A stretch of 64,000 nucleotides of DNA from an uncultured delta proteobacterium (GTDB lineage: Bacteria > Desulfobacterota > Desulfobacteria > Desulfobacterales > B30-G6). The DNA is taken from NCBI GenBank assembly GCA_963823335.1, contig CAWGLD010000003.1, positions 32,001-96,000 of the forward strand. The letters run 5' to 3'. The notes under the pieces are model-generated. The model did no database searches, was not told the origin of the DNA, and was given only the letters and a program-made list of their open reading frames with translations. The position numbers were made by a program, and so were the translations under genes. Positions 30,746 through 39,711 of the stretch are shown in pieces; the first letter of the stretch is position 1, and every line of letters begins with the position of its first letter.

Positions 30746-31831
30746 TCAATGGTACACTCCGTAGGTTTTGACTGCCTCGAACATGGCAATACAGTTATCC
30801 GGATTCACTCCTGGATGTAATGTGTTGGAGGAACAGACAATCAGGCCTCCACCCTTGCCGGCATCTTGTATGGCCTGTTGAACTGCGTCTTTCACCTGTT
30901 GCGGTGTTCCGCTCGGGAGCAGTTCCATGCAGTCGATATTTCCCAGAAGACAAAGGCGGTCTCCGCAGTACTCCTTGACTTTTTTTAAGTCCATTCCCGC
31001 CTGGGGTTCAAGGGGATTGAGCCCGTCGTATCCGGATTCGAGGATCCTGTCGAGAATCGGCCACAGGTTTCCGTCGCTGTGGCGGACTACTTTTAGCCCC
31101 ATTTCATGTGCCCTGTCAACGAGTCTGCGATTGTAGGGAAGGATAAACTCGGCAAAATGGTCCGGTGAAATCAAGGTCGTATTTTTATCGGCGATATCAT
31201 CTTCGACAATCAAAACATCAAGCCCGGCTTTACCCAGTATTTCAAGTTGTGCCAGACTGTATTGGGTTACCATTTCAGCGATTCTGTGCAAAAACAGTGG
31301 GCTGTCAAAAAGATTCAGCATATAGTTTTCCATACCGGTAAGCCGCCAGCTCCGGACAAAGGTTCCACGCATCATCCAGAAAACAGCTTTACTGTCATGG
31401 AAACGGTCTTTCATCAAATCCACTGCAAAAATCTGTTCCCGTCTGGGTTCCGGGGGTGTGTAGCGATCCAGGTCCTTCATGGATGTGATCGGATGGCTGG
31501 ATGGCACGGGAATACCATGGGGACTGCGGGTGAATCCGACGCCCCAGTCATCCACAACGTTTGACTGATCGGAAAATTCAGTACCAGGACCCAGGGGCAG
31601 GCAGGTATAGCCGTCGACCTCATGGGTTTCCAGGATAAGAAAGAGCGTGTCGATCAGTTTGACTTTTTCAGCATCACTCATCTGATGCAGCATCTTTCCC
31701 ATTGGCAAACCACCTGTGAGATATTTTCCGATGCCCATGATGGGGCCCTCGTTGATGCCGTGAATGAACAGGGGAACCCGGTCCGGTTCTTTGTGACTCA
31801 AGGCGGTCAGAATGCGTTCTCTGCCGGTCAT
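30746..31831 (-). CDS. Uroporphyrinogen decarboxylase-like family protein (MtaA/CmuA superfamily)
   Basis: MTGRERI...EPDRVP, DDWGV, HSDG, LLGNID, GGGLIVCSSN. Confidence 0.85.
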   Translation of the reverse strand: MTGRERILTALSHKEPDRVPLFIHGINEGPIMGIGKYLTGGLPMGKMLHQMSDAEKVKLIDTLFLILETHEVDGYTCLPLGPGTEFSDQSNVVDDWGVGFTRSPHGIPVPSSHPITSMKDLDRYTPPEPRREQIFAVDLMKDRFHDSKAVFWMMRGTFVRSWRLTGMENYMLNLFDSPLFLHRIAEMVTQYSLAQLEILGKAGLDVLIVEDDIADKNTTLISPDHFAEFILPYNRRLVDRAHEMGLKVVRHSDGNLWPILDRILESGYDGLNPLEPQAGMDLKKVKEYCGDRLCLLGNIDCMELLPSGTPQQVKDAVQQAIQDAGKGGGLIVCSSNTLHPGVNPDNCIAMFEAVKTYGVYH

Positions 31832-31846
31832 GCTACCTCCTTGCAG

Positions 31847-31917
31847 TTAGCAGTAAGCGATGAGCTGTAAGAACTAAGCTATGAGCAGGCAACCAGCTTA
31901 CGGCTTATCGCTGATGG
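31847..31917. repeat. Degenerate inverted heptamer arms (TAAGCTR)n / (GCTTAYG)n
   Basis: gtaagcg atgagct gtaagaa ctaagct atgagca ... gcttacg gcttatc gctgatg. Confidence 0.55.
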
Positions 31918-31930
31918 TTTAAAGCTTTTC

Positions 31931-33193
31931 TTATTCCAGAACCAAATCTATCTGCGCTGTAGACATTATGTCTTGTTCGTAGAAGAAGGCGCCGATGAAA
32001 AAGAGAACAGCGCCGATAGCGCAAAAGACAGGCAGTGTTTTAAATGCTGTGGTCAAGTCATATCTGTCCGACATCATACCCACAAAGAGCGGTCCCAGGG
32101 AGCTACCTAATGTGTGTTGAATGACAATGTTGATGCTCAATGAAATGGCACGAAGACCGGGATGGACAACATCCTGGGTTACGGCCACAGCTGCAGGGAC
32201 AAACATGATAATGGTGACACCCAGGCAGAGCAATGTCAGATACTGGATGTCGCCTTCCAGATAACCAAAGGCGACAAAAAGAATCATGGCCGAGACAGCA
32301 GAAGATATTGCCGGCAGCAACATCCGTGCACGAGGGGTATGTTTCATCCACCTGTCGCTGAGATAACCACCCAGTGGTGCACCGATAATGGCCAGAAACA
32401 TGATCAGCCCGCCTTTGGGGCCGGCCTTGCTCATGGGGAGATCGTGCATACGATGGAAATAGGTCGGCAGCCAGCTTAACAGGGCAGTGGTGACAAATAC
32501 ATTGGATGCAAAAGCCAGATTATTGAAAAGGAGCGATTTTTTGCATAGAAAGGTTTTGACAATATCCATAAGGGTCATTCTATTTGATGATTTGTCGGCC
32601 TCATGGGGCCTGATTTGCACCAATTCAACGGTTTTGTAGTCCTTTACCTTGAAAAACATCAGCGCCAGGATCATTCCCGGTATGGCAACGATTCCGAAAG
32701 CGTGGCGCCAGCCCAGATGCTCTGCAATGATTCCTCCCAGTGCAATACCGATGGCGCTGCCCAGTGGGATCGAGGCATTCCAGATACCGAGAATTCTGGC
32801 CCGTTTTTCAGGGGGAAATAGCGCTGAAATCAAAGCAGTTCCACCGGGAGCATATCCTGCCTCACCGATTCCGATGGCAATCCTGGCACTGAAAAGCTGT
32901 TTGAAATTTTTGGCAAAAACACATAGCAGTGTGGCTAAGCTCCATAGGATAGCCATGAGTCCTATGGCCTTCTTTCTGCTCCAGCGGTCAACGATGATGG
33001 AGACCGGAAAGGAGAAAAGGAGGATGGACCAATAGACCGACGACACGAGGAGGCCGCATTGGGTGTCGGTCAATCCCCAGTCTTGCTGAAGAAAAGGGAA
33101 GAGGGATACGATAATCAGCCTGTCAATGTAGTCGAACATGTAGAGCAGAAACAGGAGACCAAAAGTATAGTAGGCATTGTTGTATGTTTTCAT
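31931..33193 (-). CDS. MFS transporter (spinster-like)
   Basis: YMFDYIDR, DRWSRKK motif A, GIGEAGY; 12 TM. Confidence 0.9.
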   Translation of the reverse strand: MKTYNNAYYTFGLLFLLYMFDYIDRLIIVSLFPFLQQDWGLTDTQCGLLVSSVYWSILLFSFPVSIIVDRWSRKKAIGLMAILWSLATLLCVFAKNFKQLFSARIAIGIGEAGYAPGGTALISALFPPEKRARILGIWNASIPLGSAIGIALGGIIAEHLGWRHAFGIVAIPGMILALMFFKVKDYKTVELVQIRPHEADKSSNRMTLMDIVKTFLCKKSLLFNNLAFASNVFVTTALLSWLPTYFHRMHDLPMSKAGPKGGLIMFLAIIGAPLGGYLSDRWMKHTPRARMLLPAISSAVSAMILFVAFGYLEGDIQYLTLLCLGVTIIMFVPAAVAVTQDVVHPGLRAISLSINIVIQHTLGSSLGPLFVGMMSDRYDLTTAFKTLPVFCAIGAVLFFIGAFFYEQDIMSTAQIDLVLE

Positions 33194-33290
33194 GGCATCA
33201 TTTGAATATCTATGCTATTTCACGAGAAAAGACAACCTGTTCAATCTCGAATTGTGTTTCATATGGTATTTTCCCCAGGCTGGATTAATC

Positions 33291-34334
33291 ATGATATTTC
33301 AAAATAGTTGCTGTCTGCCGGTCAGCAAAGGAAGGCAGTTGTTTTTGGTGACTTTTCTGGTATCTCTTCTGATTATCCTCCAGGTTTCCGTGTTATCGGC
33401 AGCACCCGCCATGGATCCAGAAAATGCTTCCGATAAAAAACAGACAAAAAGCAACGGTCAGAAATCCATTGAAATTGAAGCGGGTTACGGTTATCGACAG
33501 GACAGTTTCGATTGGAATATTTCCGGGGATCTCCAGGGGAAAAACCCCAATGTCTTATCCGAGTTGGAATGGAAGGATCTGCTCATCCACGAGGCCTATC
33601 TGGAGTTGCGGGCCAACCTGAGAAATTCTATTGTGTTGAAAGGATCCATTGGCTACGGTAGGATTGTCTCCGGTTCTAACCAGGATTCGGACTATTCTGC
33701 TGACAACCGCGAACTGGAATTTTCCCGGTCAGTCAACGATGCAGACAAAGGACACACCCTGGACGGACAGCTGGGAGCCGGTTACAGATTCCAGCTCATT
33801 TCGGAAGTCATCAGTGTCATACCGATAGCAGGATATTCATACCACCGACAATATCTCAGCATGACGGACGGATACCAGGCTAAGACCTGGCTGGGAGGGC
33901 CGCCCCTGGGATCATTTGAGGGTCTGGACAGTTCCTACGATGCCGAGTGGAAGGGTCCATGGGTAGGGATTGAGATGACCCTGGATGCGGAAAGGTTAAC
34001 GAAGAACCTGCCGCCGATGTCGTTTTACGCGGCCTGGGAGTATCACTGGGCAGACTACTATGCAGAGGCGGACTGGAATCTTCGTGATGACTTCAAGCAC
34101 CCCAAGAGCTTTGAACATGAAGCCGATGGAACTGGTATGGTTGCCAGCCTGGGTGTTTGTGTACGCCTGAGCGACAGGTGGTCGCTAAACCTTGAATATG
34201 AAAAAGAGGAATGGTCAACCGAACGAGGTGTCGATCGCGTTTTCCTGGAAAACAATACCACTATAGAAACCCGCCTGAACGAGGTTAACTGGCGCTCGGA
34301 TGTTATTCATTTTGGTTGCTCGGTCAGCTTCTAA
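33291..34334 (+). CDS. Outer-membrane beta-barrel protein, omptin-like
   Basis: Signal peptide, SELEW, GSNQDSDY, alternating beta strands, terminal Phe; start uncertain. Confidence 0.6.
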   Translation: MIFQNSCCLPVSKGRQLFLVTFLVSLLIILQVSVLSAAPAMDPENASDKKQTKSNGQKSIEIEAGYGYRQDSFDWNISGDLQGKNPNVLSELEWKDLLIHEAYLELRANLRNSIVLKGSIGYGRIVSGSNQDSDYSADNRELEFSRSVNDADKGHTLDGQLGAGYRFQLISEVISVIPIAGYSYHRQYLSMTDGYQAKTWLGGPPLGSFEGLDSSYDAEWKGPWVGIEMTLDAERLTKNLPPMSFYAAWEYHWADYYAEADWNLRDDFKHPKSFEHEADGTGMVASLGVCVRLSDRWSLNLEYEKEEWSTERGVDRVFLENNTTIETRLNEVNWRSDVIHFGCSVSF

Positions 34335-34411
34335 GAGAGGGCCTCATAAAATACTTCCCGCTGTTTTATTCGGGTTGCATTCTGGTGTCTTCTGCCATAT
34401 TCTTAGACATT

Positions 34412-35332
34412 ATGCCTCATCCTATTCGACAGGTTATGATACTGGTTGGCTCGTTCGTTTGTATTTGGCCGGCTGCTGCTCTGGCAAAAATGCCTGTATT
34501 TGTCAGTATTCTTCCCCAGCGGTATTTTGTGGAACAGATCGGAGGGGAGCATGTGGAGGTTCAGGTTATGGTGTTGCCGGGGGCTAGCCCGACCACATAT
34601 GAACCCAAGTCCCGCCAAATGGCAGCCATTGCAAAAGCAAAGATCTATTTCTCCATAGGGGTCCCGTTTGAAGCGGTCTGGCTGGAGAAAATCATATCAT
34701 CCAATAAAAGCCTGCGTGTCGTTCAGATGGATCGTGATATACAAAAACGGACCATGACCTCCTCTCATTCCCATGATGACGCAGAACAACGTGCCAGAGG
34801 TCAAACTCTTTCGCATGGCGGCCAAGAGACCATGCCGCATGGTATTCCTGATCCCCATGTATGGTTGTCGCCGCCCCTGGTGATATTGCAGGCGCGTACC
34901 GTTTTAGTTGCTTTACAGGACATCGATCCAGAAAATGCTTCAGCCTATGAAGCGAATTTTCAAACGTTTATTTTACAAGTCCTGGCCTTGGACAAAGAAC
35001 TGCGGCACCTGCTTGAACCGTATCAGGGACAGCGCTTCATGGTGTTTCACCCAGCCTGGGGTTATTTTGCCGACACCTATCGTCTGGAACAGATACCTGT
35101 GGAAATGGAGGGCAAAACGCCCAAACCGGCTCAGCTCAAGGCACTGATAACAAATGCACGCCGGGATCGTATAAAAGTTCTGTTTTTGCAGCCGCAGATA
35201 TCTTTAAAAATTGCTGAGCAGGTGGCCAGAGAAATCGGTGCACAGGTGGCATGGGCCGATCCACTTGCCATGGATTGGGCGGCAAATCTTCGGGATGTCG
35301 CCGGTAAATTTCAGCAGTCGATGGAGCGGTGA
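34412..35332 (+). CDS. znuA: Zn/Mn ABC transporter substrate-binding protein
   Basis: VSILPQ, PGASPTTYEP, His-containing loop, DPHVWLSP, VFHPAWGYF. Confidence 0.85.
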   Translation: MPHPIRQVMILVGSFVCIWPAAALAKMPVFVSILPQRYFVEQIGGEHVEVQVMVLPGASPTTYEPKSRQMAAIAKAKIYFSIGVPFEAVWLEKIISSNKSLRVVQMDRDIQKRTMTSSHSHDDAEQRARGQTLSHGGQETMPHGIPDPHVWLSPPLVILQARTVLVALQDIDPENASAYEANFQTFILQVLALDKELRHLLEPYQGQRFMVFHPAWGYFADTYRLEQIPVEMEGKTPKPAQLKALITNARRDRIKVLFLQPQISLKIAEQVAREIGAQVAWADPLAMDWAANLRDVAGKFQQSMER

Positions 35333-35334
35333 AG

Positions 35335-35510
35335 AGGGTTGGAGGGTTTGAGGGGGATACAAGGGTTGGCGGGTGGCTGAGGGCTGGTAGCGAAAGGCAC
35401 CTAACAGCCTACAGTCTAAACAGCTAAAGGGCTAATAAGGGTCCGAGGGTAGCTGACAGCTACAAGCAGACAGCAGCATCCCAGCTTCCAGACATTCGAA
35501 CGTCCCAGCA
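35335..35510. repeat. Family C repeats with an intervening (CTAACAG)n heptamer tract
   Basis: agggttggagggtttgagggggatacaagggttgg; ctaacagcctacagtctaaacagc; aagggtccgagggtagctgacagc...acagcagcatcccagc. Confidence 0.75.
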
Positions 35511-35539
35511 AACAAGAGCCCGGGGATTGGATGTGTTAT

Positions 35540-36316
35540 ATGACATCGTTGATTGCAGATATTGAACAGGTGGCATTTTCTTACAACGATCAGGTGGTTC
35601 TGGAAAATGTGAACCTGAAGATATTCGAGAGGGATTTTGTTGCCGTGATCGGTCCCAACGGTGGTGGGAAGACCACACTGTTGAAACTGATCCTGGGTCT
35701 TCTGCCGCCTTCCAAAGGGAAGATACACATATTTGACCGGCCGCCACAAAACGCCTCTTATCTTATCGGTTATGTGCCGCAGGATGTTCATATCAATCAG
35801 AACTTTCCCATTACAGCCATTGATGTGGTATTGATGGGCAAGCTGTTGCCGGGAAAACGATGGCAGCGAAATGCATTAAAGGATCGACAAGAGGCGCTAG
35901 CAGCTTTAGGCCACATGGAAATGGAATCATTTGCCGACAAAAAGATCGGGGAATTGTCGGGTGGACAACGGCAGCGGATATTTATTGCGCGAGCGCTTGT
36001 CACCAGACCCCGGCTGCTACTTCTGGACGAACCCACCGCCAGTATCGACTCCAAAGGTCAAGCTGATTTTTTCAGACTCCTGGAGGCACTTAACAAAGAG
36101 ATGACAATCCTGATGGTCAGCCATGATCTGCTGGCAATTTCGAGGCATGTTAAAAGTGTGGCGTGTGTTAACAGGCATCTGCACTATCACAATCACGCTG
36201 AAATTACCGGTGATATGCTGGAAATCATGTATCCATGCACAGTGGAGGAGGTTTGTCCTGTGGAACTGGTAGCCCATGGGCTGCCGCATCGGGTATTGAA
36301 GGATCACCAACAATAG
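35540..36316 (+). CDS. znuC: Zn/Mn ABC transporter ATP-binding protein
   Basis: GPNGGGKT, LSGGQRQR, LLLDEP, C-terminal HGLPHRVL; ATG 35531 alternative. Confidence 0.88.
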   Translation: MTSLIADIEQVAFSYNDQVVLENVNLKIFERDFVAVIGPNGGGKTTLLKLILGLLPPSKGKIHIFDRPPQNASYLIGYVPQDVHINQNFPITAIDVVLMGKLLPGKRWQRNALKDRQEALAALGHMEMESFADKKIGELSGGQRQRIFIARALVTRPRLLLLDEPTASIDSKGQADFFRLLEALNKEMTILMVSHDLLAISRHVKSVACVNRHLHYHNHAEITGDMLEIMYPCTVEEVCPVELVAHGLPHRVLKDHQQ

Positions 36317-36324
36317 CTTGATAG

Positions 36325-36509
36325 ACTGTTAGACTTTAGGCTGTAGGAGCAGTTTAGCAGGGATTACGGTTAACTAATGAGCTATGTTTGGAGGTATGGA
36401 GATCGCTCCATTATGCTGGGAAGCGAGGATGCTCGAAGGCTGGAATGCTGCTGTCTGCTTATCGCTCTCAACCACCCTCGAATCCTTGACTCCTCGGACC
36501 CTTCCTCCA
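36325..36509. repeat. Reverse-orientation heptamer tract and family C repeat
   Basis: gactgttagactttaggctgtagg; atgctgctgtctgc...accctcgaatccttg...ctcggaccctt. Confidence 0.7.
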
Positions 36510-36573
36510 AACGAATTGGGGGCAGAGCTGAAGTTATTAAGCTAAGTCATAAGGTTAGTAAGAGAAAGTAAAT

Positions 36574-37407
36574 ATGATCGAAGCCCTGCAGTTTGAATTT
36601 ATGCGTCATGCACTAATGGCCGGTCTGCTGGCCAGCATCATCTGTGGTGTCATGGGCACTCTGGTCGTTGTAAACCGTATCGCCTTTTTATCCGGCGGCA
36701 TTGCCCATGCTGCATACGGCGGAATTGGACTGGCTTTTTATCTGGGATGGAACTACCTGATCTGTACCATCGGGTTTTCACTTGGTGCCGCCATGCTTAT
36801 GGCCCTGGTCAGCTTTAAGCTAAAGCATCGTTCCGACACCATTATCGGTGTTATCTGGGCACTGGGTATGGCTTTTGGCATTATTTTGATTGACCTGACT
36901 CCGGGGTACAATGTCGATTTGATGAGTTACCTGTTTGGCAGCATCCTCACGGTACCTGCCTTTGATTTGACGATCATGCTGGTGATCTGTCTCGTGACCA
37001 TCGGTTTTGTGACGTTCTATTATCAGGGGCTGATTGCCTTTTCATACGATGAAGAATTTGCACAGATCAGAGGGGTGCCAGTCAAAGCGCTCTATTTCGT
37101 CTTGATCGGTATACTGGCTGTTGCAATTGTCATGCTGATCCAGGTCGTAGGACTTATCCTGGTGATTGCCCTTTTGACGATTCCTCCCTTTATTGTGGAG
37201 AAATATACCAGCTCCCTGGTTCAGATGATGTTGGCATCGAGTCTGCTGGGAGTGGTATTTACGGTCAGTGGTCTTTGGTTGGCATATTCTTTTAACCTGA
37301 CCTCCGGCGCTTCCATCATCCTGGTTGCAGGGGGTGTATTTATTTTGGATTTCCTGTTCGACCTCGGCAAAAAACGATTTCACCGGGTCGTCGTTGGGGA
37401 GAATTGA
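36574..37407 (+). CDS. znuB: Zn/Mn ABC transporter permease
   Basis: GGIAHAAYGG, SYLFGSIL, VGLILVIALLTIP. Confidence 0.9.
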   Translation: MIEALQFEFMRHALMAGLLASIICGVMGTLVVVNRIAFLSGGIAHAAYGGIGLAFYLGWNYLICTIGFSLGAAMLMALVSFKLKHRSDTIIGVIWALGMAFGIILIDLTPGYNVDLMSYLFGSILTVPAFDLTIMLVICLVTIGFVTFYYQGLIAFSYDEEFAQIRGVPVKALYFVLIGILAVAIVMLIQVVGLILVIALLTIPPFIVEKYTSSLVQMMLASSLLGVVFTVSGLWLAYSFNLTSGASIILVAGGVFILDFLFDLGKKRFHRVVVGEN

Positions 37408-37479
37408 AGAACCTCGCAGCATGCGAAGCACTGCCGAACGGCAGAACCTACGGGGCAATGCGCTCGCTGTTGCGGTTCA
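37403..37479. mobile_element. Family B palindromic element
   Basis: ATTGAAGAACCTCGCAGCATGCGAAGCACTGCCGAACGGCAGAACCTACGGGG...GCGCTCGCTGTTGCGGTTCA; its TGA is the znuB stop. Confidence 0.85.
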
Positions 37480-37525
37480 TCTGGAACCTGACATCAAATG
37501 GAAATCTCATGAAAATAGGCGGGTA

Positions 37526-37990
37526 ATGCTATTAAACCTTTTCAATCTGGAAAAAGACCATAAGCGTTTTCATGATAGCACCTGTTTCCCATGCTGGCGC
37601 TTTCGATGGATGTTATGTTCATACCTGATTGTCTTTTGGGTGAGTTTTTTAGTTGGCTGTGCACCTCACTCCGTAACGCAACCGGACCCATCCCCATATG
37701 AAGATTTACTCGGTATCTATCGCGAGCCTTTGAATCACCTGGACGCGGTCAGACGCGGTGCCTGCCCCATGCACCCGTCCTGTTCCGAGTACAGTCGCCA
37801 GGCTGTCAAGAAGCATGGTTTTGTTCTAGGGTGGGCCATGGCAATGGATCGTCTGTTGCGATGCGGCCGTGATGAATTGAGGCGTGCCCCCACAATCCTT
37901 GTCCATGGCCAATGGAAGTTCTACGATCCGCTCGTGGCAAACGATAACTGGTGGTATTCCACTGGTGAAGAAATCGATCCAGATTCATGA
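37526..37990 (+). CDS. YidD (DUF37)-like protein with possible lipoprotein signal
   Basis: CPMHPSCSEY...KHG...RLLRC; hydrophobic stretch ending LVGC; start uncertain (37526 or 37610). Confidence 0.65.
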   Translation: MLLNLFNLEKDHKRFHDSTCFPCWRFRWMLCSYLIVFWVSFLVGCAPHSVTQPDPSPYEDLLGIYREPLNHLDAVRRGACPMHPSCSEYSRQAVKKHGFVLGWAMAMDRLLRCGRDELRRAPTILVHGQWKFYDPLVANDNWWYSTGEEIDPDS

Positions 37991-38061
37991 CAATATACTG
38001 AAATACTAAGGCATAAAAAATATTTACAGTTGAGTCGCATGAAATATTCGGGCTAAATGGG

Positions 38062-38090
38062 TTGACAAATGCATCCCTGTCTCATAATAT
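38062..38090 (+). promoter_or_regulatory. Putative sigma70 promoter
   Basis: TTGACA-17nt-TAATAT upstream of the 38236 ORF. Confidence 0.55.
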
Positions 38091-38235
38091 CAATCATTAT
38101 CCTCTCGGTTAAAGCGTCAGTGTAAGTACCCAGGAGTTTTTTACCTACCCTATAAAGCAGACGCTCAACCCACCCGATACGAACTTATAAATCGATGTAA
38201 AAACATCCAGTTGTATACATCAAAGGAGTGGTCAC

Positions 38236-38604
38236 ATGCGACATAAATTTATGATCAAGAGAAATGAAACTAAAAAGGAACTTCGCATCAGGGAGTACGC
38301 CAATTTGGAGAGAGAGCCTAAGAACGAATGGCAACGATCCGACGTAGCGGCATTTTCACTCATTGGTGAAGAAACCTATGGCAAAAGGGCAGTCACGATG
38401 GCTATTGAAAAGGGTAAGAGGCATCTTATTTCAGTGTTGCGTACCCACAACATGTATCCTATCGGGATATATGCGGAAGAAATCGCCGTATCCGTTATGG
38501 GGTTGTATGCATCGGACAACAAGCGCTTGGTGGAATTGTCCTTTGATGACAAAGCCTATTTTGAACATCAAGATATTCTTCAAAAAACGTCAACAACCGC
38601 ATGA
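38236..38604 (+). CDS. Hypothetical protein
   Basis: AAGGAG SD, upstream promoter, 122 aa; no family recognised. Confidence 0.7.
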   Translation: MRHKFMIKRNETKKELRIREYANLEREPKNEWQRSDVAAFSLIGEETYGKRAVTMAIEKGKRHLISVLRTHNMYPIGIYAEEIAVSVMGLYASDNKRLVELSFDDKAYFEHQDILQKTSTTA

Positions 38605-38639
38605 GCGAACCGTTGAACACAAGGATTTGACCCCTTCCA

Positions 38640-38735
38640 ATTGAAGACCCACCCAGCAAGTTACCGGAAATTCTCCTCCGTGGGCTAGTGCTTTACAGCA
38701 GCGCCAAGGGATTAGCCATTGCTGTTGTGGTTCAA
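38640..38735. mobile_element. Degenerate family B element
   Basis: ATTGAAGACCC...GCAAG...GCTGTTGTGGTTCAA termini. Confidence 0.55.
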
Positions 38736-38879
38736 ACCTCAGGTATTGCCGCAGCGATGCTCTTGCCATGCAACCGGCATCAACCGGATCGACAGGTAAG
38801 GGCTTGACTATCTTGTCGATGCCAAATAAGTTGCACGCTATATTCTATCTCAACAGGCGGTTTATTTAAGGAGCGATGC

Positions 38880-39635
38880 ATGGGTTGGTTAGGTAAAATG
38901 GTGGGGGGCGCCATCGGGTTTGCCCTGGGGGGACCATTAGGTGGCATTGCGGGCGCTGTTTTCGGGCATGCCTTCGACCGTAGTGAAGAAAGAACATTTA
39001 CCGAAGAGCGGCAGCGTCTGTCACCAGGAGAGGAATCCCAGTTTGCCTTTTTTATCGGTGCCTTTTCCATGCTGGCCAAATTGTCACAAGCCGATGGCCG
39101 TGTTTCCCGGGAAGAGGTCACATCGATTGAAAAATTCATGGTGCGCGACCTCAATTTGAACCAGCAAAGTCAAGCCGTGGCCATGAATATTTTTCAGGCC
39201 GCCATGTCCTCTCCGGGAACCTTTCAGGATTTTGCGGCCCAGTTCTACGATCGGTTCAGGTTTCAGCCCCAGCTTCTGGGTGTCATGCTCGACATCTTGT
39301 TACGCGTGTCAATTGCAGACGGGGCTCTCAGTGAGGTTGAGGAGCGGCTGATTCTCGCGGCCAAATCCATATTTAGTATCAACGACCATCAATACAATGC
39401 CATCAAGTCCAGATACATCAAAGATGACGACAAATATTATACCATATTGGGGGTTAGCCGGAGCGATACCAACGAGACTATCCGGACGCGGTACCGCAAG
39501 CTTGTGAAGGAATACCATCCCGACATGATCGCCTCCAAAGGGCTTCCCGAAGAATTTACGAAACTGGCAGAAGACAAATTTCGAGAAATCCAGGAGGCGT
39601 ATGATCGTGTCCGCAAGGAGCGTAACGTACACTAG
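38880..39635 (+). CDS. djlA: Co-chaperone DjlA (TerB-like + J domain)
   Basis: Gly-rich N-terminal anchor, ADGRVS..E, C-terminal J domain with YHPD. Confidence 0.88.
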   Translation: MGWLGKMVGGAIGFALGGPLGGIAGAVFGHAFDRSEERTFTEERQRLSPGEESQFAFFIGAFSMLAKLSQADGRVSREEVTSIEKFMVRDLNLNQQSQAVAMNIFQAAMSSPGTFQDFAAQFYDRFRFQPQLLGVMLDILLRVSIADGALSEVEERLILAAKSIFSINDHQYNAIKSRYIKDDDKYYTILGVSRSDTNETIRTRYRKLVKEYHPDMIASKGLPEEFTKLAEDKFREIQEAYDRVRKERNVH

Positions 39636-39711
39636 GCGTCATCTCAAAACTGTCTTTTGACCCATGTCTGTGTCAGTCTTTCACTTCAATTCATAGCAAG
39701 CAACGCTATGA

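Noticed and set aside
30746-31831. Calling the UroD-like gene hemE
   Set aside because: Lacks the RQAGR substrate-binding motif and any heme gene context
35531-35548. Zur-box-like TGTTATATGACA at the znuC start
   Set aside because: Half-site spacing does not fit the Zur consensus and it lies mid-operon
39633-39675. TAGGCGTCATCTCAAAA possible element end after djlA
   Set aside because: Single short occurrence with no partner end in the window
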